A stretch of DNA of 64,000 bases, taken from Mobula hypostoma (taxonomy: Eukaryota). Position 1 is the first letter of the stretch, and every line of letters begins with the position of its first letter. The position numbers and the translations under genes were made by a program. This document shows positions 25,350 through 39,294 of the stretch, in pieces. The DNA lies in assembly GCF_963921235.1 (NCBI RefSeq), contig NC_086108.1, positions 7,192,001 through 7,256,000 of the forward strand. The letters are read 5' to 3'. The notes under the pieces are model-generated. The model was given only the letters and a program-made list of their open reading frames with translations, searched no databases and was not told where the DNA came from.

Positions 25350-25532
25350 CCACCACCACTGCACAAGTTGGCAGAGAAACTCTGGATTTGAAAAACCCAC
25401 GCAAGTTGAGAGGGTGGTTAAGAAGGTTGTGGTGTGCAGCCCTTCAATAGCCAGAGGATTGAGTTCAAAAACTGTGTGGTAATGTTGCAGCTCTGATTAT
25501 AAAACCCTGATTAGACCACACTTGGAATATTC

Positions 25533-26474
25533 CACCGCCTCCAACGGGATCCCACCACTAAGCACATCTTTCCCTCCCCCCTCTCTCTGCATTCCGCAGG
25601 GATCGCTCCCTACACAACTCCCTTGTCCATTCGTCCCCCCCATCCCTCCCCACTGATCTCCCTCCTGGCACTTATCCGTGTAAGCGGAACAAGTGCTACA
25701 CATGCCCTTACACTTCCTCCCTTACCACCATTCAGGGCCCCAAACAGTCCTTCCAGGTGAGGCATCACTTCACCTGTGAGTCGACTGGGGTGATATACTG
25801 CGTCCGGTGCTCCCGATGTGGCCTTTTATATATTGGTGAGACCCGACGCAGACTGGGAGACCGCTTTGCTGAACATCTACGCTCTGTCCGCCCGAGAAAG
25901 CAGGATCTCCCAGTGGCCACACATTTTAATTCCACATCCCATTCCCATTCTGATATGTCTGTCCACGGCCTCCTCTACTGTGGAGATGAAGCCGCACTCA
26001 GGTTGGAGGAACAACACCTTATATTCCGTCTGGGTAGCCTCCAACCTGATGGCATGAACATCGACTTCTCTAACTTCCGCTAAGGCCCCACCTCCCCCTC
26101 GTACCCCATCTGTTACTCATTTTTATGCACACATTCTTTCTCTCACTCTCCTTTTTCTCCCTCTGTCCCTCTGAATATACCTCTTGCCCATCCTCTGGGT
26201 CACCCCCCCCCGTCTTTCTTCCCGGACCTCCTGTCCCATGATCCTCTCGTATCCCCTTTTGCTTATCACCTGTCCAGCTCTCGGCTCTATCCCTCCCCCT
26301 CCTGTCTTCTCCTATCATTTTGGATCTCCCCCTCCCCCTCCAACTTTCAAATCCCTTACTCACTCTTGCTTCAGTTAGCCCTGACGAAGGGTCTCGGCCT
26401 GAAACGTCGACTGCACCTCTTCCTATAGATGCTGCTTGGCCTGCTGCGTTCACCAGCAACTTTGATGTATGTTG
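25533..26474 (+). mobile_element. Neptune Penelope-like element, 5'-truncated, inserted into a CR1 remnant
   Basis: Cys-rich linker PCKRNKCYTC precedes the GIY-YIG ORF 25757-26083. Hammerhead motif at 26377-26412. 12-bp flanking duplication CTTGGAATATTC (25521-25532 and 26475-26486). Confidence 0.88.
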
Positions 26475-26649
26475 CTTGGAATATTCAGCTCTGTTTGCCT
26501 CATTATAGGAAGGATGTGGAAGTTTTAGAGAGGGTGCGGAGGAGATTTACCAAAATGCTGCTTGGATTACAGAGCATGTCTCATAAAAGAAGGTTGAATG
26601 AACCAGGATTTTTCTCTTTGAAAGGAAGGAGGATGAGAGGTCACTTGAT

Positions 26650-27500
26650 AGACCATAAGACATAAGACCATTTGGCCCACTGAGTCTGTTCTATCATTAG
26701 ATCATGGCTGATCGAGCTCCCTCTCTATCCCATTTTCCTGCCTTCTCCCTATCACCTTTCATGTCCTAACTTATCAACAATCTATCAACTTCTGCCTTAA
26801 ATACATCCAATGACCTGGCCTCCTCAGCCACCTGTAGCAACAACTCTGCAGAATCTGGTGAAAGAAATTTCTCCTCATCTCCGCTCTAAATGGATGTCCT
26901 CCTATTCTGGTCCTAGATACCCCCACCAAAGGAAACATCCTCTCCACATCCACTCTACAACATTCAATCAGTTTTAATGAGATCCAACCCACCCTCCCCC
27001 CCCCCGTTCTTCTAAATTCCGGAGAGTATAGGCCCAGAGCCTTCAATTGCTGTTCATACGGTAAGTTTTTCATTCAGGAATCATTTCATGAGCCTCCTCT
27101 GAATCCTCTCCAATGTCAGCACATCCTTTGTTAGTCTGCTCACAATGTTCCAAGTGAGGTGTCACCAGTGCTTTATAAAGCCTCAATATCACATCCTTGT
27201 TGTTATATTCTAGTCCTTTTGAAATGAATGACAACTTTGGATCTGTCTTCCTCACCACCAACTCAATCCACAAGTTAACCTTTGGGGAATCCTGCGCAAT
27301 GATTCCCAAGTCCATTTGCACCTCAGATTTTTGTAATTTTTTTCCCCCATTCAGAAAATAGTCTACGCTTTTATTTTGTTCTACCAAAGTGCATGACAAT
27401 ACACTTCCCAACACTGTATTCCATCTGCCTCTTCTGTGTCCATTCTCCTAATCTGTCCAAGTCCTTCTGCAGTCTCCCTGCTTCCTCAGCACTACCTGCC
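26650..27500 (-). mobile_element. Old CR1 3' fragment
   Basis: Decayed RT C-terminal peptides (LYKALVTPHLE, LGLYSPEFRR). Confidence 0.8.
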
Positions 27501-28679
27501 CCTTGTGCTGGTGGGGGTTGTGGAGGAGCGGAGGTGTTGATCAGCCCTGCTCTTGGGGAAAGGAACTGTTTTTGAGTCTGGAGGTCCTGGCATGGATGCT
27601 AAACAGCCTCCGATCTGATGAGAGGGGGACAAACAGAGGTGCGCAAGGTGGTAAGGGGCTTAGATCAAGTGGACAGCCAGAGAATTTTTCCAAGGGTGGA
27701 AATGGCTAATACAAGGGGGCATACTTTTAAGGTGATAGAAAAATATAGGGGGATGTCAAAGGTAAGTTCTTTGCACAGAGTGTTTGGTGTGTAGAGTTTG
27801 GTGGTGGTCGAGTCAGATACCTTAGGGAAACTTAAGAAACTCTTATATGGGCACATGAATGATAGAAAAATGGAGATCTATGTAGAAAGAAAGGATCAGA
27901 TTGATCTTAGAGTAGGTTAAAAGATTAGCACAACATTATAGACTGAAGGGCCTGTTCTATATGTTAATGTCTATGTTCCATGTTTATAGTATGTTATTTA
28001 TATTTTTTGTTAAATTCTATTGCATTACTTTATTTTGCTGTAAATGCCCATAAGAAAGTGAATCTCAGGGTTGTATATGGTGACATATACGCATTGTGAT
28101 AATAAGTTGTACTCTGACATTTGAACACATTGCCCGCTGCAGATCTTGGATTGCAACAGTGACCACATCACGAAAGTGTTTTGCCATTTCCCAAATGGAT
28201 TCGAATTCCAGATTGTTTAATGCCATTTCCAGGACAGAAAGTGTAAAGGAGAACGAAATAATTGTTACTCCAGATCCGATGCAGTACAAAAATAAAACAC
28301 AATAAAACAAAAAAGACAATAATAATTTTAAAACACTATAAATATAAATCCTGCCACTGCCTGTAAGGAGTTTGTACGTTCTCCCTGTGACCACATGGTT
28401 TCCTCCCAGTGCTCTGGTTTCCTCCCACAGTCCAAAGACATATTGGATGGTAGGTTATTTGGACATTGTAAATTGTCCTACAATTAGGCTAGGGTTAAAT
28501 TGGGGCTTTGCTGGGCGATGTGGCTTGAAGGGCCAGAAGATTCTATTCCACACTGTATCTCAATAAATACATAAAATAACTTATGTACAAAGATTGATTG
28601 CGTGTCCATAAAGTGACGCTAGGCACAGGAGTGTCTGTACCCGAGGTGACTGACAGGAAATGATAAAGTAGGACAGGAA

Positions 28680-31600
28680 ATTGGGTCACTGTCAGGTGAG
28701 GGAAGAGGAAAGGGCAGGCAGAGCAGGGTTCCCCTGTGGCCATTCACCTCAACAACAAGTATACCGCATTGGATACTGTTGGGGGGGATGACTTACCTTG
28801 GACTAGCTGCAGTAGCCGGATCTCTGGCACTGAGTCTGGCTCTGCAGTGCAGAAGGGAGGGGGGAAAAAGAGGAGAGCGGTAGTGATAGGGGACTCAATA
28901 GTTAGAGGTGCAGATAGGAGGTTCTGTGGTCGTGACAGAGAATCCAGGATGGTTTGTTGCCTCCCGGGTGCCAGGGTCAAGGATGTCTCTGATCGATTGC
29001 ATGACATTCTGAAGTGGGAGGGTGATCAGCCAGATGTCGTGGTGCACACCGGTACCAATGACATAGCAAGGAAGAGTGAGGAGGTCCTGGAGAGTGAGTA
29101 TAGAGAGCTTGGTAGGAAGTTGAAAAGCAGGACCTCGAGGGTGGTAATCTCAGGATTGCTACCTGTGCTACATGCCAGTGAGGGTAGGAATAGGATGCTC
29201 TGGAGGATGAACAAGTGGCTGAGGAACTGGTGTAGGGGACAGGGTTTCAGATTTCAGCATCATTGGGACCTCTTCTGGGGCAGGTAGGACCTGTACAAGA
29301 GAGATGGGTTACACTTGGAACTACAGGGGTACCAATATCCTTTCAGGGAGGTTTGTTAATTGTATTGGGGTGGGCTTTAAGCTAGATTTGCAGGAAGATG
29401 GGAACCAAAGTGCCAGAGCTGACAGTGAGGCTGAGGTGAAAATAAATGATGTTAAAAGTTCAAGCAAATCCACTAATAGAAAGGTTGTGAGTGGTGGTAA
29501 AAATCTTCTGAGGTGTATATATTTCAATGCTAGGAGTATTGCGGGGAAGGCGGATGAGTTGAGGGCATGGATTGACACGTGGAATTATGACGTTGTAGCA
29601 ATTAGTGAAACTTGACTACAGGAGGGTCAGGACTGGCAGCTTAATATTCCAGGGTTCCGATGTTTCAGATGTGATCGAGGCAGAGGAATGAGAGGTGGGG
29701 GCGGGGTTGAATTGCTTGTCAGGGAAAATATTACAGCAGTGCTCAGGCAGGACAGATAAGAGGGCTTGTCTACTGAGTCCTTATGGGTGGAGCTGAGAAA
29801 CAGGAAAGGTATGGCCACATTAGTGGGATTGTATTACAGATCACCCAATAGTCAAAGAGATTTGGAAGTGCAAATCTGCAGAGAGATAGCAGGCAACTGC
29901 AGGAAACATAAAGTTGTGGTGGTAGGGGATTTTAATTTTCCATATATTGATTGGGTCTTCCATACTGTTAAGGGTCTAGATGGTGAGGAGTTTGTAAAAT
30001 GTGTTCAGGAAAGTTTTCTAAATCAATATATAGAGGGACCAACTAGAGGGGATGCAATATTGGATCTCCTGTTAGGAAACGAGTTAGGACAAGTGACAGA
30101 AGTCTGTGTAGGGGAGCACTTTGGTTCCAGTGATCATAACACCATTAGTTTCAACTTGATCATGGACAAGGATAGATCTGGTCCTAGGGTTGAGGTTCTT
30201 AACTGGAAGAAGGCCAAATTTGAAGAAATGAGAAAGGCTCTAAAAAGCGTGAATTGGAACAGGTTGTTCTCTGGCATGGATGTGATCGGTAGGTGGGAAG
30301 CCGTCAAAGCAGAAATTTTGAGAGTGCAGAATTTGTATGTTCCTGTCAGGATTAAAGGCAAGGTGAATAGGAATAAGGAACCTTGGTTCTCAAGGGATAT
30401 TGCAACTCTGATAAAGAAGAGGGAGTTGTATGACGTGTATAGGAAGCAGGGAGTAAATAAGGTGCTTGAGGAGTATAAGAAGTGCAAGAAAATACTTAAG
30501 AAAGAAATCAGGAGGGCTAAAAGAAGACATGAGGTTGCCTTGGCAGTCAAAGTGAAGGATAATCCAAAGAGCTTTTACAGGTATATTAAGAGCAAAAGGA
30601 TTGTAAGGGATAAAATTGGTCCTCTTGAAGATCAGAGTGGTCGGCTATGTGCGGAACCAAAGGAAATGGGAGAGATCTTAAATAGGTTTTTTGCATCTGT
30701 ATTTACTAAGGAAACTGGCATGAAGTCTATGGAATTAAGGGAAACAAGTAGTGAGATCATGGAAACTGTACAGATTGAAAAGGAGGAGGTCCTTGCTGTC
30801 TTGAGGAAAATTAAAGTGGATAAATCCCCGGGACCTGACAGGGTGTTCCCTCGGACCTTGAAGAAGACGAGTGTTGAAATTGCGGGGGCCCTGGCAGAAA
30901 TATTTAAAATGTCACTGTCTACAGGTGAGGTGCCGGAGGATTGGAGAGTGGCTCATGTTGTTCCGTTGTTTAAAAAAGGATCGAAAAGTAATCCGGGAAA
31001 TTATAGACCAGTAAGTTTAACGTCGGTAGTAGGTAAGTTATTGGAGGGAGTACTAAGAGACAGAAACTACAAGCATTTGGATAGACAGGGACTTATTAGG
31101 GAGAGTCAACATGGCTTTGTGCGTGGTAGGTCATGTTTGACCAATCTATTGGAGTTTTTCGAGGAGGTTACCAGGAAAGTGGATGAAGGGAAGGCAGTGG
31201 ATATTGTCTACATGGACTTCAGTAAGGCCTTTGACAAGGTCCCACATGGGAGGTTAGTTAGGAAAATTCATTTGCTAGGTATACATGGAGAGGTGGTAAA
31301 TTGGATTAGACATTGGCTCAATGGAAGAAGCCAAAGAGTGGTAGTAGAGAATTGCTTCTCCGAGTGGAGGCCTGTGACTAGTGGTGTGCCACAAGGATCA
31401 GTGCTGGGTCCATTGTTATTTGTCATCTATATCAATGATCTGGATGATAATGTGGTAAATTGGATCAACAAGTTTGCTGATGATACAAAGATTGGAGGTG
31501 TAGTAGACAGCGAGGAAGGTTTTCAGAGCCTGCAGAGGGAGTTAGACCAGCTGGAAAAGTGGGCTGAAAAATGGCAGATGGAGTTTAATACTGACAAGTG

Positions 31601-32397
31601 TGAAGTATTGCACGTTGGAAGGACAAACCAACGTAGAACACACAGGGTTAATGGTAAGGCACTGAGGAGTGCAGTGGAACAGAGGGATCTGGGAATACAG
31701 ATACAAAATTCCCTAAAAGTGGCGTCACAGGTAGATAGGGTCGTAAAGAGAGCTTTTGGTACATTGGCCTTTATTAATCAAAGTATTGAGTATAAGAGCT
31801 GGAATGTTATGATGAGGTTGTATAAGGCATTGGTGAGGCCGAATCTGGAGTATTGTGTTCAGTTTTGGTCACCAAATTACAGGAAGGATATAAATAAGGT
31901 TGAAAGAGTGCAGAGAAGGTTTACAAGGATGTTGCCGGGACTTGAGAAACTCAGTTACAGAGAAAGGTTGAATAGGTTGGGACTTTATTCCCTGAAGCGT
32001 AGAAGAATGAGGGGAGATTTGATAGAAATATATAAAATTATGATGGGTATAGATAGAGTGAATGCAAGCAGGCTTTTTCCACTGAGGCAAGGGGAGAAAA
32101 AAAACAGAGGACATGGGTTAAGGGTGAGGGGGGAAAAGTTTAAAGGGAACATTAGGGGGGGCTTCTTCACACAGAGAGTGGTGGGAGTTTGGAATGAGCT
32201 GCCAGACGAGGTGGTATATGCGGGTTCTTTTTTAACATTTAAGAATAAATTGGACAGATACATGGATGGGAGGTGTATGGAGGGATATGGTCTGTGTGCA
32301 GGTCAGTGGGACTAGGCAGAAAATGGTTCAGCACAGCCAAGAAGGGCCAAAAGGCCTGTTTCTGTGCTGTAGTTTCTATGGTTTCTATGGTTTCTAT
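28680..32397 (+). mobile_element. CR1 LINE family B, ORF1 (partial) + ORF2, lightly decayed
   Basis: Esterase ORF1 28736-29287 has a premature stop. The ORF2 endonuclease has stops near 29613 and 29757, then 29766-32315 is open with RT motifs. 9-bp (GTTTCTATG)n tail. Confidence 0.93.
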
Positions 32398-33189
32398 AGT
32401 GGTGGTTGGGGGTGTGGAGGGGTGGGTTAGTGGGCGGAGGTGTTGATCAGCCTTACTGCTTGGGGAAAGAAACTGTTTTTGAGTCTGGTGGTCCTGGAAT
32501 GAATGCTACGTAGCCTCCTCCCTGATGGGAGTGGGACAAACAGTCTGTGAGCAGGACAATGCATGAGCAAGCCTACCCTGATGGAAATTAGAGCTGAATT
32601 TTACTATCAGTGTTGTCCAGACACTTGACAAAACATCCACGGAGACCATTATCCTGTCGTCCCTTGCATAAACGGACTGGTTCCCCACGCGCTCTCTGAC
32701 AATCAGTCTTCTTGCCAGGCAATGGAGATGAATCTAATGATCAAAATGGAACTGTCGAAGTTGAAACATGTTGCTCTCTCTGTAATAGACACTGACACCT
32801 CCCCTCAACCTGCCTCTCGGTCGTGTCAGTGTGCTGCCCTCACCTGCTCGGTGTTGGTGGGGGTGGGGAAGGGTGACGAGAAGGGAAGCACAGAGTAAAC
32901 AGCCTGCAGTATCAGGCGGACACTGGTGACCTGGGAAATGATGGGAGACACTGCGAAGAGCTACAGCATTACAATGGTTATATATCAGGTGAATGCAAGC
33001 GGGTTTTTTCCACTGGGGTTGGGTGAGACTGCAACTAGAGGTCATGGGTTAAGGGTGAAAGGTGAAATGTTTAAGGGGACCACGAGGGGGAAATTCTTCA
33101 TTCGGAGAGTGTGGAACGAGCTGTCAGTGAAAGTGGTGGATGTGGTTTGATTTCAACATTAAAGAGAAACTTGGATAGGTACATGTATG

Positions 33190-33558
33190 GGTGGTGGGGT
33201 GGAGATACGTCTCTACCAAAGGAGGTGTAAGGCGATCCTTGCCTCTGCTCGCCTGCAGATCACCATCAGGCAAGATGTAGCACCTGCTTAACAACTCCCC
33301 CCACCCCAGTCAGGGTCACGTGAAGCCATGGGAGCAGGTGGTGGAGATCACAAGTCCTGGTTATGTGACCACTGACACCAGGCAGACAATCTCTGAAGAG
33401 TGTTGACAATGGCTGGAGTCACCCGCCTTGTAAAGACACTGCCCAGAAGAAGGCAATGGCAAACCACTTCTGTAGAAAAATTTGCCAAGGACAATCATGG
33501 TCATGGAAAGACCATGATCGCCCACATCATATGACGGTACAGAATGACAATGATGATG
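33190..33558 (+). mobile_element. Non-autonomous element with an RTE/BovB-like 3' end (second copy 60231-60628)
   Basis: Two co-linear copies with the same 5' start GGGTGGTGGGGTGGAGAT, a GAAGGCAATGGCAAACCACTTC motif and a (TGA)n tail. Confidence 0.65.
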
Positions 33559-35077
33559 GCTTGGAAGGGAGAGGTCTGGAGGGTTAAGTTTCAGGGCAGA
33601 TAGATGGGTCGAGGCAGTAAAATAGTTTGGCACGGAACTGATGGGCCAAAGAGCCCATTTCTGTGCTATGACCCTATGACTCTATGAAAGAGGCCATTAG
33701 GCCCATTGTTCACCTGCTAGCATTCACGCTGCAGCTGCTGATGTCCATGCTAATTCCATTCCCCTTTAGTTGCTGAAGTAAGTCCTATCATGATTGTTCT
33801 GCTTCTCTGCGGTAACAATTTGGGAAAATGAATACTGTAGAAGCAAAAGATTCTGCTGATGCTCGAAATCCAGAGTAATGCACAAAATGCTGGAGGAACT
33901 CAACAGGTCAGGCAGCATCTATGGAGAGGAATAACCAGACAGCGTTTTGAGCTGAGACCCTTCATCAAGACTGGATTGGAAGGGGGAAGAAGGCAGAGTG
34001 AGTCGGCGGGGGGAAGAAGCTGGGAGGTGACAGGTGGAAGGGGTAAGGGGCTGAAAAGGAGGAATCTGATAGAAGAGGAGAGTGGACCAAGGGAGAAAGG
34101 GAAGGGGGATGGGAACCAGTGGAATGTGACTGGTGAGATCAGGTGAGGACGATGGAGGATGAAGTAAGAAGCTGGGAGATGATAAGTGGAGGAGGTGAAG
34201 GACTGAAGAAGAAGGAATCTGATTGGAGAGTGGACCATGGAGGAAAGGGAAGGACCAGAGGGAAGTGATGGACAGGTGAGGAGAAGAGGAAGGGTAAGAG
34301 GGCAGGCAGGATGGGAATGGAGAAAGAGAGCAGGAGAGATATTGTGTAAGGGAAGGCAAAGAACTACACAATGAAGAGAAGAATATAAAGTGGCAAACAA
34401 CATCCAACAGTACAGCACAGGACAGGACCTTTGGCCCACAATGTTGTGCTTAGCTAATTGAAGTAATGTCCCCTAACTAACCTAATCCTTCTTGCCCAAA
34501 CATTCCCCTTTTCTGCATATTCATGTGTCTCTTGCCATCTGCATCCACCACCAACTCTGCAATCACATTCCAGTCCCCCTACACACTCTGTGTAAAAAAC
34601 ACTCGCCTAGCACCTCAACTTTACACCCACAGGTGCCAGACATTTCAATCTTGAGAAAAATACTGGCCGTCTATTCTAACCTCATAAAATTTAATGCTAT
34701 ACCTTCTTCCCGATGGCTACAGCAGGAAGAGAGCATGGCCTCGGTGGTGGTGGTGGGAGGGGGTGGTGCCAGATGATGGACGTTGCTTTCCTCGACAACG
34801 CTTCATGTAGATGTACCCGATGGTGGGGAGGGCTTTACCTGTGATGGACTGCGCTGTATCCATGACCTTTTGTAGGACTTTCCATTCAAGGGCATTGGTG
34901 TTTCCATACCAGGCTGTGATGCAGCAGTTAATATACTCTCACCACACATCTATCGAAGTTTATCAAAGTTTTAGATATCATGCTGAATCTTGGCAAAATC
35001 CTAAAGAATTAGAGGCGCTGCCATGTTTTCTTTGTAATTGCACTCTCCTGCTGGGTCCAGGACAGGTCGTCTGAAAT

Positions 35078-36095
35078 AGAACATAGAACATAAAAATCCA
35101 CAGCACGTTACAGGCCCTTCAGCCCACAATGTTGTGCTGACCATGTAACCTACTCTAGAAACTACCTAGAATTTCCCCAGCGCATAGCCCTTTATTTTTC
35201 TAAGCTCCATGTACATATCTAAGAGGCTCTTAAAAGACCCTATTGTATCCACTTCCTCCACTGCCACCGGCAGTGCATTCCACTCTCTGTGAAAAACTAA
35301 CCCCTGACATCCCCTCGGTACCCATTTCCAAGCACCTTAAACCTATGCCCCCTCGTGTTAGCCATTTCAGCCCTGGGAAAAAGCCTCTGGCTATCCACAC
35401 GATCAATGCCTCTCATCGTCTTATACACCTCTAACAGGTCACCTCTCATCCTCCATCGCTCCAAAGAGAAAAGGACAAGTTCATTCAACCTATTCTCATA
35501 GGGTATGCCCTCCAATCCAGGCAACACCCTTGTGAATCTCCTCTGCACCCTTTCTATGGTTTCCACATCCTTCCTGTAGTGAGGCAACCAGAACTGAGAA
35601 CAGTACTCCAAGTGGGGTCTGACCAAGGTCTTATATAGCTGTAACATTACCTCATGGCTCTTGAACTCAATCCCACGGTTGATGAATGCAAACACACCAT
35701 ATGCCTTATTAACAACACAGCAGCTTTGAGTGTCCTATGGACATGGACCCTAAGATCCCTCAGATCCTCCACACTGCGAAGCGTCTTACCATTAATATTA
35801 TATTCTGTTTTCAAATTGGACCTACCAAAATGAACCACTTCACACTTATCTGGGTTGAACTCCATCTGCCACTTCTCAGCCCAGTTCTGCATCCTATCAA
35901 TGTCCCGCTGTAATCTCTGACAACCCTCCACACTATCCACCACACCTCCAACCTTTGTGTCATCAGCAAGCTTACTGACCCATCCCTCTACTTCCTCATC
36001 CAGGTGATTTATCAAAATCACAAAGAGAAGGGGTCCCAGAACAGATCCCTGAGGCATACCACTAGTGACCGATCTCCACGCAGAATACGAACCAC
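35078..36095 (-). mobile_element. CR1 3' fragment
   Basis: ORFs with PQGSVLGP, LADD and LVRPHLEYC, plus a tail. Confidence 0.85.
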
Positions 36096-37137
36096 CTTCT
36101 GTGGGAAATGATAACACCGAGGAATTTAAAGCTGCTGATCCTCTCCGTCTCTGATCCCCCAAAGAGGGCTGGCTCATCGACCTCTAGTTTCCTCCTCCTG
36201 AAGTCAATAATCAGCTCCTCTGTCTTTTTGGCATTGAGTGAGAGGTTGTTGTTGTGGCACCACTCGGCCAGATTTTCAGTCTCTCTCCTGTATGCTGATT
36301 TATCACCACCTTTGATTCGGCCTTGACAGTGGAGTCGTCAGCAAACTTAAAAATGGAACTGTGCTCAGCCACACAGTCATCAGTGTGCTGCTAATAGAAC
36401 AGGGAGTGAAGAAGACAACTGCACTCTCAGTCATTGCTTGTCCCCACATTACAGGAAAGTTGTGAACGAGTGTTAAGGAGATCGGCAAGAATAAATAAAA
36501 ATAAAAATATTGAAAACACGGGAGATTCTGCAGGTGCTGGAAATCCTGATTAGCACACAAAAAATGCTCGAGAATTTCATCAGGTTGGGCAGCATCTATG
36601 GAGAGGAATAAATAGTTGACATTTCTGGTGGAGATCAATCACCAGAATTGGAAATATTTTTTGCTGACTATTTTCCGCTAACTGCTGTGTGCATGTTATG
36701 TTGGTGCTGGAATTTAAGGCAGAGGTTTATAGATTCTTGATTAGCCAGGGCAGGAATGGGTATGGAGAGAAGGGAGGAGATTGGGACAGAGAAGGAAATG
36801 AATCAGCCGGGGGGAACAGCAGAGCAGTATCAGTGGGAGAAAAGGCCTATGCCTCACGGTCTTACAGCTGCACCCCCAGTACATCCTTGGGTCCTGTTGG
36901 TTGTTAACACAAATTATACCTTTCACTGTACATTTATGATGAGGAAGCGGGTTCACAGTTTTGGTAAGTGAGACAGAAGCCACTGATTACGGATAAGAAC
37001 ATTAACCATTGATTTAAAGACAAACACTGAAACATTCAACCAAACATCTAAGTCTCTTTAAATTACACAAACTACGACACTAAACATTCAGTAATACTTC
37101 AATCTCATCAGGTACCTCATTAAGTCTCCCCAAGTTA

Positions 37138-37445
37138 TATAGGCATCCATTAGTCTCATGAGACCATGGATTTGCGCCTTGGAAGGTTTCCAGGGCACAG
37201 GCCTGGGCAAGGTTGTATGGAAGACCGACAGTTGGCCGTGCTGCAAGTCTCCCCTCTCCAAGCCACCGATGTTGTCCAAGGGAAGGGCACGAGGGCCCAT
37301 ACAGCTCGGCACCGGTGTCGTCGCAAAGCAATATGTGGTTAAGTGCCTTGCTCAAGGACACAACACGCTGCCTGAGCTGAGGCTCGAACTCACGACCTTC
37401 AGATCACTAGGCCGACGCCTTAACCACTTGGCCACGCGCCAACAC
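37138..37445 (-). mobile_element. tRNA(Thr-AGT)-like-headed CORE-type SINE
   Basis: A box TGGCCAAGTGG, CTAGT anticodon loop, B box GTTCGAGCC and CORE-like GTGTCCTTGAGCAAGGCACTTAAC. Perfect 13-bp TSD TCTCCCCAAGTTA (37125-37137 and 37446-37458). Confidence 0.82.
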
Positions 37446-38059
37446 TCTCCCCAAGTTACATAATTACGTCCTAACCATTCACTAAACAGATAATTAGCTG
37501 AGTGTGTACGTGGGCCCTCCTGTATCTACAGCTCTTTCCCCATGGTTCTTCAGCACTGTCGTGACCTCAGTGTGAAGATGAGCCCCTGGAGACAAAGGAA
37601 AACTGGCGAGTCTCTCACGCATGCTATTCTTATACCTGTAAGGCATCTGAAACCAGACACCAGTGCCATGGCACACAAGGCAACCACTGGAAAAGAGCTG
37701 CTGCTTCCTTCAAACAGGCCAATCGATGACTGGCAAAGCAGAAGCGGCCTTCACCCTGACAAATAAACTAACTCGTCACATTCCAATGTTTCAATGTACA
37801 TTGGATAAATAAATGTGAACCTGTATCTAAATCTCATTCTCACTCTCAGTCTCTGTCTCAGACAGATCAGGCTGCACTTTCTTCAAACACCACTCTTTTC
37901 TGCTTCTTCTCTGTCCAGCTGTTGTCTGACCTCCTGAGTATTTCCACTTTTTTTTCTGATTTCCATTTTTTGTCTGAAATTTATTTTCCGTTTTTGCTGA
38001 AGTTGATGAGGAAAGAGTAGATGCAATGGTGATGCTTACTGTAGGAAAGGGGCTGACAG

Positions 38060-38826
38060 GAGATAATTGTGTAGAAAATCATAGGAGAGAAAATTCAAAA
38101 ATATGAGGTGCAAAGGGATTTGGGAGTCTTTGTGAAGGATACCCTGAAGGTTAATTTGCAGGTTAAATCAGTGGTGAGGAAGGTGACTGCAACACTAGCA
38201 TTCATTTCAAGAGGACTAGAATATAAAAGCAAAGGTGTGATGTTGAGGGTTTATAAGGCACTGGCGAGTCTCCACTTGGAGTATTGAGAGCAGTTTTGGG
38301 CTCCTTATTTAAGAAAGGACATGTTGACATTGGGGAGGGTTCAGAAGAGGTTCACAAGAATGATTCTGGGAATGAAAGGGTTACTATATGAGCAGTGATT
38401 GAAGGCTCCAGGCCTATACTCACTAGAATTTAGAAGAATGAGGGGAGATCTGATTGAAACCTATGGAATGTTGAAAGACCTCGAAAGAGTGGATGTGGAG
38501 AGGATGTTTCCTATAGTCGGGGGAGTCTAGGACCAGACAGCACTGCTTCAAAATAGGACATCCTTTTAGAACAGAGATGAGGAGGAATTTCTTTAGCCAG
38601 AGGGTAGTGAGTCAGTGGAATTCATTGCCACAAGCAGTGGCAGAGGCCAGGTCACTGGGAGCTTTTAAGGCAGAAATTGATAGGTTCTTCATTAGCCAGG
38701 ACATGAAGCATTACAGGGAGAAGTCAGGAGGTTGGGGCTGAGAGGGAAATGGATCAGTCATGATGAAATGGTGAAGCATACCCAATGGGCTAAATGGTCT
38801 CATTTTGCTCCTATGCCTTATGGGTC
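38060..38826 (+). mobile_element. Old CR1 3' fragment
   Basis: Nucleotide similarity to other CR1 3' ends in the window. Confidence 0.75.
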
Positions 38827-39294
38827 AAGATAGAATAGGCCAGAGCTATTTCCTGAGCAGAAGGGTCCAAACCCAAGGAGGACAGGCTTAGAATAATCAG
38901 TGGAAGATTCGTGAGTGTACTGTGGTGATAAAGGAAATGTCTGTATTCTGAGGGCTTTATGGGTTTGGGACTCCCTGTCTGAGGTGGAGGTAGAAACCTT
39001 CTTCTCACTTTAATGGTGCTTTGGTGTGGATCTGAGGAGGCGTCGCTCTCCTGGGCCACAGACTTGATGTTGGACAGTAAGATTCGGCTGAGCAGACACA
39101 GTGGATTGTGTAGACATAATTGGCCTTCTTCAGTGTAAGTTTTAGATGGATCTATACTACTGTGCAAACGTCTGAGGCACACATGTATATTCTGTAGAGA
39201 GTGTAGAGAGATGCCGAAGACTCTTGCAGAGTACTGTAGTACTTTTACGTATTGCACCGGACAACTGCCATAAAAACAAATTTCATCACATGTG

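Noticed and set aside
32506..32900. Coding exons (for example a PLCB remnant) in a unique stretch
   Set aside because: Donor-like motifs are present, but the translations show no recognisable homology.
37370..37445. tRNA-Thr gene
   Set aside because: It is the head of a SINE: a CORE-like body follows, a 13-bp TSD flanks the element and the acceptor stem is poor.
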